DNA of 32,000 nt. It comes from Gemmata obscuriglobus (GTDB lineage: Bacteria > Planctomycetota > Planctomycetia > Gemmatales > Gemmataceae). How positions within the stretch are numbered: position 1 is the first letter of the stretch; every line of letters starts with the position of its first letter. Of this stretch, positions 8,798 through 16,588 are shown piece after piece. The translations under genes were made by a program, and so were the position numbers. The DNA lies in contig NZ_CP042911.1 of assembly GCF_008065095.1 (NCBI RefSeq), positions 7,680,001 through 7,712,000 on the forward strand. The letters run 5' to 3'. Below the pieces are notes generated by a model. It had not been told where the DNA came from, made no database searches, and saw nothing but the letters and a program-made list of their open reading frames with translations.

Positions 8798-9754
8798 TCA
8801 CTCCACCAGCGACGAGTTCACGACGCCGCCGTCGGCCATGCCGCCCAACCGCTGGAACGTCCACCAGCGGTCCGAGCCGACGCCGGGGTCCGTCGCCGAC
8901 GCCATCGACCTGATCCCGCGAACGGAGCCGTCGCAGAAGACGAACTGCACGTTCCCGGTGTGCTTGCTCCCGAACGTGGTCCACGACGGCCGGATGAGGT
9001 CCTGCTTGGTGCCGAGGAATCCGGGGCTCATGTACGAGTAGCTGTAGTCGCGGGCGCCGCTGATGCCCCCGTTCCCGCCGAGGGTTTCACCGAAGCCGAT
9101 CGTGTTGGAGGTGCCGTCCGAGATGTCGGTCAGCTTGGTCGTCGAGCCTTGGTAGTACGGGCCGCAGTACGGGTCATAAGTCGCGTTGCCCGTTTTGCCC
9201 GAGTGCCCGCCGCTGGCGATGTAGTTCGTCATCCCGCAGGTGTTCGGGGCGCCGAACAGCGCGCCGTTGGTGCCCACGGTGCCGTCGGAGTTGTTGACGT
9301 ACCCGATGCGGATGATCACCGCGCCGTTGTAAGAGTCGAGCGAGTCCGAGGGGCAGTAGTACACCTTCACCTTTTGTTGAGCGGCCACGTTGTTCGTGGA
9401 ATCCGCCCACCAACGGGTCTTACCGGTGAGCACGTCGTTGGTGATGAGCGCGTAGCTGTTCGCTTGCTCCAGGTACGACAAAATGCTCGCGAGCGCGCTG
9501 ATCCCCACATCGTTATCGGGGCCAGGGGCGACGGCCCCCGGGGGCAGCCGGCCGAACGTGCTCTCGTAGTTGTGTGCCGCGAGCCCGATCTGCTTGAGGT
9601 TGTTCTGGCACTTCATCCGCGAGGCCGCCTCGCGGACCTTCTGAACGGCGGGCAGCAAAAGCCCAATCAGGATCGCAATGATCGCGATCACCACCAGCAA
9701 CTCAATGAGGGTAAAACCCACCCGCCGGCGAGTAGCGACAAGCACTGTAGGCAT
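8798..9754 (-). CDS. DUF1559 / H-X9-DG protein with a prepilin-type N-terminal cleavage-methylation domain
   Basis: GFTLIELLVVIAIIAILIGLLLPAVQKVREAA pilin-like N-terminus. C-terminal HTGNVQFVFCDG fits H-X9-DG exactly. Start at ATG 9754 (MPTVLVATRRRVGFTLIELL) with GAGG upstream. Confidence 0.9.
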   Translation of the reverse strand: MPTVLVATRRRVGFTLIELLVVIAIIAILIGLLLPAVQKVREAASRMKCQNNLKQIGLAAHNYESTFGRLPPGAVAPGPDNDVGISALASILSYLEQANSYALITNDVLTGKTRWWADSTNNVAAQQKVKVYYCPSDSLDSYNGAVIIRIGYVNNSDGTVGTNGALFGAPNTCGMTNYIASGGHSGKTGNATYDPYCGPYYQGSTTKLTDISDGTSNTIGFGETLGGNGGISGARDYSYSYMSPGFLGTKQDLIRPSWTTFGSKHTGNVQFVFCDGSVRGIRSMASATDPGVGSDRWWTFQRLGGMADGGVVNSSLVE

Positions 9755-9777
9755 CACGTAGATAAACCTCAAAACAA

Positions 9778-9803
9778 CGAAAAAAACGCCGGGTGAAACC
9801 CGG
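9778..9803 (-). terminator. terminator-like hairpin plus T7 run in the leader of the DUF1559 gene
   Basis: The minus strand reads CCGGGT ttc ACCCGG followed by CGTTTTTTTCG, ending about 25 nt upstream of the start codon at 9754. The stem is only 6 bp. Confidence 0.4.
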
Positions 9804-10309
9804 AAGGCTGAAACGGGGAGACGTTGGACTCCGGGGGCGGCGCCCACATCATCCGTATCATTTTGGGCGTGATCGTAATGGCGAGAGAGGTATACCGGTT
9901 CCTGTCAAAGCTGAATCATCCTTCCGCGCGGCGACATCAACTTAATGGCCGCCGGGTCATATCTGGGGTCAAAATTCTCCCAGGGTTCTCCAGCGGCGGA
10001 GTACACCGATTCCCATTGAGTTGCAATTGAGCCGAGTCAAGAATTCGCTCGGCGCACTCTCAACGTCGATGCGAACGGACGCTCCTCAACATACCGACGG
10101 CAAGCGTGACGTTTACAGTGGGAAGATTGGGGGCGCGCACGGCACCGGCCGCGGTGCCGTGACCGGCACACCCGTCTGATACCCGGCGCGGTTTCGGAAT
10201 GGCTGTTGGAGATGTGGTGCGTTTCTTTCCGAGAGGCGCCGAACCGTTCGCGTTCGGCTCGCCCTCGGGAAGGCGAGCGGAGGGCGTTCATCGTCCGCTC
10301 GCATCGAGG

Positions 10310-12019
10310 TTACAGCCGCGGCGGCGCCGGCTTGAACGGCGGCTCGAACGCGTTCGCGCCCTTCACCTTCACCTTGCGGCTGTACACCTTGTCCCCGCAG
10401 GTCGCGTACACCACGTCCATGTTCGCGCCGCCGAACGTCAGGTTCGACAGCTTCCCGTTCGGCGTCGGGATGATGCAGTTGACCCGGCCCGCCTGATCGC
10501 ACACCTGCAACCCGGCCCGCGTCGCGACCCACAACCGCCCGTCGCGGTCGCACCGCAGCCCGTCCGCGCCCGAATCGTCGTCGGCGTCGCGGACGTAGAG
10601 GTGGTAATACTTCTGCTTGTTCGCCAGCGTGCCGTCCGGCTGGATCACGTAGCTGTACACCCAGCGCGTGCGGCTGTCCGCGACGTACAGGAGCGTCTGG
10701 TCCGGCGACACGGTGATCCCGTTCGCGAACTTCAGGCCCGTATCGACGACCTTCTTTTCGCCCTTCGGCGAGACGTAGTACACCTTGCTGTTGTTGGGCG
10801 TCTCGAACGGGTCGGTGTCGTAGACCGCCCCGTTGTGCAGCACCACGAGGTCGTTGCCCTTGAAGCCCTCGGCGAAAACGCTCGGCTTGCCCGCGCCGTC
10901 CCACGCCAGGAGCTTGGACTCGCCCGCGGCGTTCGCGTAGAGCCGGCCGTCCGGGCCGAACCGCTGGCCGTCGCCGCGCTTGCTGTCCGCGAGCCACTCC
11001 ACCGGCTTGCCGTCCACGACCTTGTACGTCTTCGACGAGCCGACGTCGTTAAAGAACACCTCTCCCGTCGGGCTCGTCGCCGGCCCCTCGGTGAACTTGT
11101 ACCCCTCGCCCACCAGCCTCCAGCCCTCGCCGGGGATCAGAAGCTCTTGCAGCGGCTGCGAGCCCTTGCCGGCCTTCGGCCGTTCGGGCCAGTCCTTCCA
11201 CAGGAACTGCATCGCCTCGGGGAACACGCCCGCGGCCAGCCCGCCGTTGTGCCCGCCGTCGTTCCACGAGTGCTTCGCTTCGTAGCCCGCGAACACCAGC
11301 GCCCGCTCCATCGTCTGGTTCGCCATCCACCAGTCGCCGCCGTAGATGTTCAGGTCCTTGGTGCCGTCCTGGAGGTACACCCGCAGCGGCTTCGGCTCGA
11401 ACTTGCGGACCAGCGTCGGGTAGATATCGCCGCCGCGCAGCCCGACGTAGGTGCCAATGGTGCTGAACACCCGCGAGAACTCGTCCGGGCGCTCCCACGC
11501 CGCCGTGAACGCGCAGATCGCGCCGCTCGACGCGCCGCCGATCGCCCGGTCGGTGCCCCGCTTGGAGAGCACGATCGGCTTCCCGTCCTTCGTGGTCCGC
11601 TTTTCCACCTCCGGGAGCAGTTCGTCGAGCAGCATCCGGGCGTAGGCGTCGCCCAGGCCGTCGTACTCGTAGCTCCGGTTGTACCGGGTGAGCGCCGCCT
11701 TCGGGTCGCCCGCCCTGACCTCGCCCGGGGTCACGCCGATCGCGATCGTGACCGGCATCTCCTTCGCCGCGATGAGCTTCTCGAACGTCGGGCCGACGTA
11801 CCCCGGCAGCCCGTCCTGGTTCACGTACACGCACGCGGGCGTTTTGCCGTCGTACTGGGCCGGCACCCACACGGTTACGTTGCGGGTGGTGCCGGGGAAA
11901 ACCGTGCTCTTCGCGAACGCGAAGCTGAATGAGGTGCCCTTCGGCACCTCGGGCGGTTTCGCGTCCTGCGCGAGCGAAACGGCCGGAATGAAAACCAACA
12001 GGGGCAGCAGTCGACGCAT
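10310..12019 (-). CDS. secreted fusion protein: esterase (alpha/beta hydrolase) + SMP-30/gluconolactonase-like beta-propeller
   Basis: Signal peptide MRRLLPLLVFIPAVSLAQD. The N-terminal half has IGGASSGAICAF (G-x-S-x-G nucleophile elbow) and putative-esterase-like context. The C-terminal half (FTEGPATSPTGEVFFNDV ... ANGITVSPDQTLLYVADS ... DGLRCDRDGRLWVA) looks like SMP-30/LRE lactonase repeats. Start moved to ATG 12019. Confidence 0.85.
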   Translation of the reverse strand: MRRLLPLLVFIPAVSLAQDAKPPEVPKGTSFSFAFAKSTVFPGTTRNVTVWVPAQYDGKTPACVYVNQDGLPGYVGPTFEKLIAAKEMPVTIAIGVTPGEVRAGDPKAALTRYNRSYEYDGLGDAYARMLLDELLPEVEKRTTKDGKPIVLSKRGTDRAIGGASSGAICAFTAAWERPDEFSRVFSTIGTYVGLRGGDIYPTLVRKFEPKPLRVYLQDGTKDLNIYGGDWWMANQTMERALVFAGYEAKHSWNDGGHNGGLAAGVFPEAMQFLWKDWPERPKAGKGSQPLQELLIPGEGWRLVGEGYKFTEGPATSPTGEVFFNDVGSSKTYKVVDGKPVEWLADSKRGDGQRFGPDGRLYANAAGESKLLAWDGAGKPSVFAEGFKGNDLVVLHNGAVYDTDPFETPNNSKVYYVSPKGEKKVVDTGLKFANGITVSPDQTLLYVADSRTRWVYSYVIQPDGTLANKQKYYHLYVRDADDDSGADGLRCDRDGRLWVATRAGLQVCDQAGRVNCIIPTPNGKLSNLTFGGANMDVVYATCGDKVYSRKVKVKGANAFEPPFKPAPPRL

Positions 12020-12076
12020 AGATGGGCTCGCATCAGATGGCGGGGCAAGGCTTTGCGCCGTTCGGCGTGGCGGAAT

Positions 12077-12150
12077 GCGGTTGGCCCCCGGTCGTGCGCC
12101 CGCGCGGGCACTGCGGTCACCACACGGGCGCACGACCGGGGGCCAACCGC
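12077..12150. repeat. perfect 26-bp inverted repeat with a 22-nt spacer
   Basis: 12077-12102 GCGGTTGGCCCCCGGTCGTGCGCCCG is the exact reverse complement of 12125-12150. It lies between divergent genes whose starts are at 12019 (-) and 12303 (+). Confidence 0.9.
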
Positions 12151-12302
12151 GGAGGGCCGGTGAGACCGCGAAGCTTTGTCCCACCCTACCGAAACGGGCT
12201 TTAATTGACTTCCCGTTTTTTGTACGGTTCGGGCGAGAAAGGCGTCCCGCCGCGTCAGTATAATGGACGAAGTTCGCAACTTGGTCTTAGGGACGTGACC
12301 GC

Positions 12303-12899
12303 ATGACCCGTTACCTGCCCTCGAAGCCGTCGCGCGGCGTGATGGTGGCGATGGTGCTCGGCACCGCGCTGGCCACCTCGCCCGCGCGGGCGGGCGCCTC
12401 CGTGGCCCGCGGCGCGGAGCCGAGCGCGAAAGCCGTCACCGACATCAGCAAGTACTGCCAGACGTGCTGGCGGAACGCCCGCCTGCCCGCCGACCGCTGG
12501 CAGGACTGCACCCAGGCCGTTTTCGTCCGCCTCTTGGAGCGGGTCGAAGCGGACAAGTGGGGCGCCGTGCTGGTGGACAGCGAGACGAGCGAGCGCCGGG
12601 AGTTCCTCCGCGCCATCGACGCGGTGAAGAAGCGCACCCAGCGCGCCCGCAAGTTCGCGGCGCTGTCGCACGAGCTGCCGGACCGGCGGCCCGTCACCAA
12701 CACCACCCGCGACGACCGCGACGCCGTCGCCAAGGCGGCCGAGCAGCTCAGCCCGCGGCAGCGCCGCATCCTGGAGCTGACCGCCGACGGCTGGCCGGTT
12801 CCGGAGATCGCCACGGAGCTGGCGACGACCGTCGAGCGGGTCAGCGACGAGAAGTACAAGGCGATCAAGAAGCTCCAGCACCACTTCGGCATCGCGTAA
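12303..12899 (+). CDS. sigma-70 family (ECF-like) sigma factor, atypical N-terminus
   Basis: Region-2-like DCTQAVFVRLLERV and EFLRAIDAVKKRTQRARK. Region-4 HTH LSPRQRRILELTADGWPVPEIATELATTVERVSDEKYKAIKKL. The exact start is uncertain. Confidence 0.7.
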   Translation: MTRYLPSKPSRGVMVAMVLGTALATSPARAGASVARGAEPSAKAVTDISKYCQTCWRNARLPADRWQDCTQAVFVRLLERVEADKWGAVLVDSETSERREFLRAIDAVKKRTQRARKFAALSHELPDRRPVTNTTRDDRDAVAKAAEQLSPRQRRILELTADGWPVPEIATELATTVERVSDEKYKAIKKLQHHFGIA

Positions 12900-12925
12900 G
12901 CAAATTCGGTCGAATCGGTATCTCT

Positions 12926-12959
12926 TCTCGGCCGCCGGGCGCAAGTCCGGCGGCCGAGA
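12926..12959 (+). terminator. strong stem-loop between the sigma gene and the Gly/Tyr-rich gene
   Basis: Perfect 13-bp stem TCTCGGCCGCCGG / CCGGCGGCCGAGA with an 8-nt loop, 27 nt after the stop at 12899. No T run follows. Confidence 0.5.
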
Positions 12960-13043
12960 GCGTTCGACAACCGGAGCCGACGCCCGACGCGCTGCCGCCC
13001 AACTCCGCGACCGGCTCCTCAAACCACACCGAGGAGACCTGCA

Positions 13044-13367
13044 ATGAAGTTCGCCATACTGTCGTTCGTTGCCGCCGGTGCGCTGGCGGTGTCCGCGGGC
13101 GCCGCCGACGCCCGGCCCCCGGCCTATTACGGCGGCCATCACCACAACCACTACAGCGGATACCGCGGCGGGTACGCGTACCCGAGCTATTACCGCGGCT
13201 ACAGCTACCCGAGCAGCGGGTTCGGGCTGAGCGTCGGCGGGCCGCGCGGGGGCTTCAGTTTCGGCAGCGGCTCCGTCTACCCGAACTACGGGTACAACTC
13301 CTACTACGGCCGTCCGTACTACGGGAGCTACGGCTACCGCGGCTACGGGTCCCCGTGGCGCTGGTAA
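13044..13367 (+). CDS. secreted Gly/Tyr/Ser/Arg-rich low-complexity protein
   Basis: GAGGAG RBS 7 nt upstream. Signal peptide MKFAILSFVAAGALAVSAGAADA. The mature part is YYGGHHHNHYSGYRGGYAYPSYYRGYSYPSSGFG...YGSYGYRGYGSPWRW. A strong terminator follows. Confidence 0.65.
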   Translation: MKFAILSFVAAGALAVSAGAADARPPAYYGGHHHNHYSGYRGGYAYPSYYRGYSYPSSGFGLSVGGPRGGFSFGSGSVYPNYGYNSYYGRPYYGSYGYRGYGSPWRW

Positions 13368-13386
13368 CGACTGGGCGTAACGGCGC

Positions 13387-13446
13387 AAAACGGCGCAGGG
13401 GCCGCGGGAGCTGATGTCAGCCCCCGCGGCCCCTGCGCCGTTTTTA
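13387..13446. terminator. bidirectional rho-independent terminator
   Basis: Perfect 17-bp stem GGCGCAGGGGCCGCGGG / CCCGCGGCCCCTGCGCC (13392-13408 / 13423-13439), flanked by AAAAC on the left and GTTTTTA on the right. It sits between the convergent stops at 13367 and 13461. Confidence 0.75.
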
Positions 13447-13460
13447 CGGACCGGCGAGCT

Positions 13461-14093
13461 TCACCCGGCGAGCAGTGCGAGCAGTTCTTCGAACGAGGTG
13501 AGCCGGCGGTCCGGTTCCTCCCCGGGGTCCGTCGTCCCGGTCGGAACGAGCCACACTTCGACCCCGGCGGCCCGGGCCGTGCGCACGTCCACAACCATGT
13601 CCCCGACGTACACCGCTTCCGCGGGTGAAACCTCGAGCCGCTTCAGCCCCTCTAACAGCATGGCCGGGTCGGGCTTCGCCCGGTCCCCGACGTCGTCCGG
13701 GCCGAGCACGTAGGCGAAATACTCGTCGAGGCCGAGCGCGCGAACCAGTTCGCGCGTGAACTCGACCCGCTTGTTGCTGCACACGGCGAGTTTCAGCCCG
13801 CGCCCGGCGAGCGCCCGGACCGTGTCCCCGACGTTCGGCAGGAGCCGGGTTTCGGAGACCATCACGCCCGCGTGGTGCTCGCGGTACCGGGCCACCGCCT
13901 CGCCCACCGGGGCGCCCGGAACGAGGTCCGACATGAGTTTATCAAGGCCGAACCCGACGTACCCGCGCACCTCCGCCTCGGTCATCGGCGGCAGCCCGTA
14001 GCTCCGCCGGACGTGGTTGGTGCTGGACGTGATCGCGGCGAAGCTGTCGGCGAGTGTGCCGTCGAAGTCGAAGAGCGCGGCGCGGAATGGCAT
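13461..14093 (-). CDS. HAD-superfamily hydrolase, phosphoglycolate-phosphatase-like
   Basis: MPFRAALFDFDGTLADSF (DxDGT motif I), CSNK (motif II region) and YVGDMVVDVRTARAAG (motif IV). ATG 14093 has a GAGGGA RBS. The alternative upstream ATG at 14147 is less likely. Confidence 0.88.
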   Translation of the reverse strand: MPFRAALFDFDGTLADSFAAITSSTNHVRRSYGLPPMTEAEVRGYVGFGLDKLMSDLVPGAPVGEAVARYREHHAGVMVSETRLLPNVGDTVRALAGRGLKLAVCSNKRVEFTRELVRALGLDEYFAYVLGPDDVGDRAKPDPAMLLEGLKRLEVSPAEAVYVGDMVVDVRTARAAGVEVWLVPTGTTDPGEEPDRRLTSFEELLALLAG

Positions 14094-14288
14094 CAGTCCC
14101 TCGGGTGCGGTGTGCGTCGGCGTTCCCTTATCGTAGCGGTCGGCCAACGCGCCGCGCGCTGTCAGAATTTCGGGTGATGTTGCGCATCGTGTAGATTTCG
14201 TGAAGAAAGGGGTGTAGAACTAGAGATGTCACTTTGGTGCCATCTCGATCCGTCTGTGTCGGGCGCTCGGGTTGGTGGAGGGGGTGCC

Positions 14289-14567
14289 ATGAACGAGCGG
14301 GGGGCGGGCGGTGCGGAACCGCTGTTCGAGCGGGGGCTGACGCCCGCCGGGATCGTCGGCGCGGCCGGCGGGGCGGTGGGCGCGGTGGGGCTCTGCGCCG
14401 CGGCCGGGGCGGCACACCTGGAGGCGTGCGGGGCCGCCGGCGCCATGGCCGGTAGCGCGGCCGCCGCGCTGGGCTGGTGGGCGGTCGCGAGTGCCGCGGC
14501 CCTGATAAAGCGGCACGCCTCCCGCGGCGCAATGCCGGCCGCCCGGCCCGCGGCGCAGAGCGCCTGA
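14289..14567 (+). CDS. hypothetical Gly/Ala-rich small membrane protein (glycine-zipper-like)
   Basis: GGAGGGGG RBS directly before ATG 14289. Very high third-position GC in this frame. GIVGAAGGAVGAVGLCAAAGAA and AAAALGWWAVASAAAL are hydrophobic segments. Competing shadow ORFs exist on both strands. Confidence 0.4.
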   Translation: MNERGAGGAEPLFERGLTPAGIVGAAGGAVGAVGLCAAAGAAHLEACGAAGAMAGSAAAALGWWAVASAAALIKRHASRGAMPAARPAAQSA

Positions 14568-14656
14568 GCGGCGCGCGGGCACACGGGTTGCTACGGACAC
14601 ACCCCGTTCGCTGTGTTAAAGTGAACGGGACCGGACCCTCGCCCCCGAGCCGCCGA

Positions 14657-15217
14657 ATGGTTGCACCGCTGCCCGAGAAGCTGACCCCCGAACTCGTTTT
14701 TCGCGAGTACGCGCCGCGGATCTACAACATCGCGCGCCGGATGCTCGGCAACGACGCCGACGCCGAGGACGTGACCCAGGACGTGCTGCTCCAGGTGGTG
14801 CGCAAACTGGACACGTTCCGGGGCGAGTCGCAGATCGCCACGTGGCTGCACCGGGTGACGGTCAACGCCGCCCTGGCCCACCGCGCCCGGCGGGCGAACC
14901 GGCAGAAGCACGAGGGCAGCGAAGTGGCCGACGACGTGCTCGAGGCCGCCGCGCCGGAGGGCGAGGTGAAGCGGTGGAACGTCGCGCCCGACGAACCGGT
15001 GCTCGCGGCCGAGCAGGCGGCGGTCATCGAGCGGGCGATCGCCGAACTGCCGGAGCCGTTCCGCGACGTGTACCTGCTGGCCGACGTTGAGGGGCTGCCC
15101 AACGCGGACATCGCGAGCATGCTGGACCTGAGCGTGGCCGCCGTGAAGAGCCGCCTGCACCGCGCGCGAATGCGGATGCGCGACCTGCTCGCTCCGCACT
15201 TCGAGGAGAACGCGTGA
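14657..15217 (+). CDS. ECF-type RNA polymerase sigma factor
   Basis: Region 2: YAPRIYNIARRMLGNDADAEDVTQDVLLQVVRKLDTFRGESQIATWLHRVTVNAALAHRARR. Region 4: LPEPFRDVYLLADVEGLPNADIASMLDLSVAAVKSRLHRARMRM. Start at ATG 14657. Confidence 0.9.
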   Translation: MVAPLPEKLTPELVFREYAPRIYNIARRMLGNDADAEDVTQDVLLQVVRKLDTFRGESQIATWLHRVTVNAALAHRARRANRQKHEGSEVADDVLEAAAPEGEVKRWNVAPDEPVLAAEQAAVIERAIAELPEPFRDVYLLADVEGLPNADIASMLDLSVAAVKSRLHRARMRMRDLLAPHFEENA

Positions 15218-15471
15218 TGACGTGTGACGAGTTGAAGGCGCTGCTGGCCGACTACGTGGGCGCCGACGGCGTCCTGGTGGTGGCGCACGAGCGCCACGAG
15301 ACGGTGACCGTCCACGTGAAGGGGTGCCCGAAGTGCGAGGTGTACGTGTCCACGTACTCGCGCACGGTGCGGGTGGTGCGGGCGCTGCCGAAGTGCGGCC
15401 CGCTGCCGCCGGCGCTCGAAGCGCGGCTCCGGGCCGCACTCGCCGAGCACCTCAGCGAAGAAGCGAAGTAG
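15214..15471 (+). CDS. zinc-binding anti-sigma factor (ZAS), short and soluble
   Basis: ATGA start/stop overlap with the sigma gene. HVKGCPKC fits H-x3-C-x2-C. There are additional Cys at residue 4 and in LPKCGP. No TM segment in the 85 aa. Confidence 0.8.
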   Translation: MMTCDELKALLADYVGADGVLVVAHERHETVTVHVKGCPKCEVYVSTYSRTVRVVRALPKCGPLPPALEARLRAALAEHLSEEAK

Positions 15472-15625
15472 CGAAGTAGCGAACGCGGAGCGATCGTTCT
15501 GGCGGGCGATACGCGGGGCGTTCGTACCGCCCTGTCTACTGGACCCGCACGGGCGATGGAGCCGCTCGGCGTGGCGCCGCGCCCGCCCCCCGGTTGCGAC
15601 GGTTTCGGCGCCCGTGCCCGCGTCG

Positions 15626-16588
15626 TCACTTGAAGACGATGCACTTCAGGACGGCGTCCTTAAATTCCTTCACGCCCTTGGTCGTCACCTTCGCGCCGAC
15701 CAGCCGAAGCACCTTGAGGTTCGTGAGCGGGGTCAGCTCCTTGAGGCCCGCGTCCGTGACGGCCGTTACGTCCAGGTCGAGCACGGTCAGGTTCTTGAGC
15801 GCAGCCAGTTCCTTGAGGCCCGCGCTCGTCACCTTCGTTCCGCCCAGGTTGAGGTCGCTGAGGTTCTTGAGCGGGGTCAGCCCCTTCAGGCCCGCATCTG
15901 TCACCTTCGTGGCGGCCAGCGTGAGCGTTGTGAGGCTCGTGAGTGGGGCCAGCTCCTTCAGCCCGGCGTCCGTCATCTTCGTGTCGTACAGGTGGAGCGT
16001 CTTGAGGTTCGTGAGCGGGGCCAGCTCCTTCAAGCTCGCACCCGTTACCGCCGTGCTGCCCAGAGAGAGCGTGACAAGGTTCTTGAGCGGCGCCAGCTCC
16101 TTGAGCCCGGCGTCCGTCACTTTCGTGCCGCTCAGATCGAGTGCGGTGAGGCGGGTGAGCGGGGCCAACTCCTTCACACCCGCGTCCGTTACGTTCGTGC
16201 TCGCCAAGTCGAGTGTGGTGAGGCTCGCGAGCGAGGCCAGCTCCTTCACGCCCGCGTCCGTCACTTTGGCAGCGGTCAGTTGGAGGGTGGTGAGCTTTTT
16301 GAGCGGGGCCAGAGCTTTCAGCCCCGCGTCCGTTACCACCGGGCCGATCAGCTTGAGCGAGGTCAGGTTCCTGAGCGCTGCCAGCTCTTTCATGCCTGCG
16401 TCCGTCATCTTGTTGCCGACCATGCCCACTGCTGTGACCGGTCGACCCGGTTTGGTCGTGTCGCGCGTCACACTGCAGCCGAGCTTCTCGGCGAACGCGG
16501 CCGCTTTGTCCTCGGCGTCGTCCGCGCGGGCCGGCGCCCACGCGAAAAGGACCGAAACGGCCGAGGCGAGAGCCAACATTCTGAACAT
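15626..16588 (-). CDS. secreted leucine-rich-repeat protein (24-residue repeats)
   Basis: Signal peptide MFRMLALASAVSVLFAWAPARA, with GGAG 6 nt before ATG 16588. Ten consecutive units of the type VTDAGLKELAPLKNLTTLxLxxTK plus a partial eleventh. Confidence 0.88.
   Translation of the reverse strand: MFRMLALASAVSVLFAWAPARADDAEDKAAAFAEKLGCSVTRDTTKPGRPVTAVGMVGNKMTDAGMKELAALRNLTSLKLIGPVVTDAGLKALAPLKKLTTLQLTAAKVTDAGVKELASLASLTTLDLASTNVTDAGVKELAPLTRLTALDLSGTKVTDAGLKELAPLKNLVTLSLGSTAVTGASLKELAPLTNLKTLHLYDTKMTDAGLKELAPLTSLTTLTLAATKVTDAGLKGLTPLKNLSDLNLGGTKVTSAGLKELAALKNLTVLDLDVTAVTDAGLKELTPLTNLKVLRLVGAKVTTKGVKEFKDAVLKCIVFK
15689..16408 (-). repeat. tandem array of ten 72-bp coding repeats
   Basis: Residues 61-300 of the LRR protein form 10 x 24 aa. 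The periodicity is also visible as repeated SFTPASVTFV / LEARVR strings in the spurious ORFs of the other frames. Confidence 0.85.

Noticed and set aside
8642-9796. 384-aa + strand ORF opposite the DUF1559 gene
   Set aside because: The minus-strand frame has the prepilin N-terminus and an exact H-X9-DG motif. The + frame is Arg/Val/Gly-rich with no features.
10199-11932. 577-aa + strand ORF opposite the esterase-lactonase gene (also 10113..10997 and 11049..11870 on the - strand)
   Set aside because: Shadow and alternative frames with Arg/Pro-rich low complexity. The 10310..12019 frame has a signal peptide and a catalytic motif.
12255-13388. 377-aa - strand ORF and the 12464..13414 + strand ORF
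   Set aside because: They run across the sigma gene, a strong hairpin and the Gly/Tyr-rich gene. Their composition is shadow-like.
14147-14147. Upstream ATG as the start of the HAD hydrolase
   Set aside because: The ATG at 14093 has a GAGGGA RBS and places the DxDGT motif at the usual distance from the N-terminus. The 18 extra residues have no support. It is retained as an alternative.
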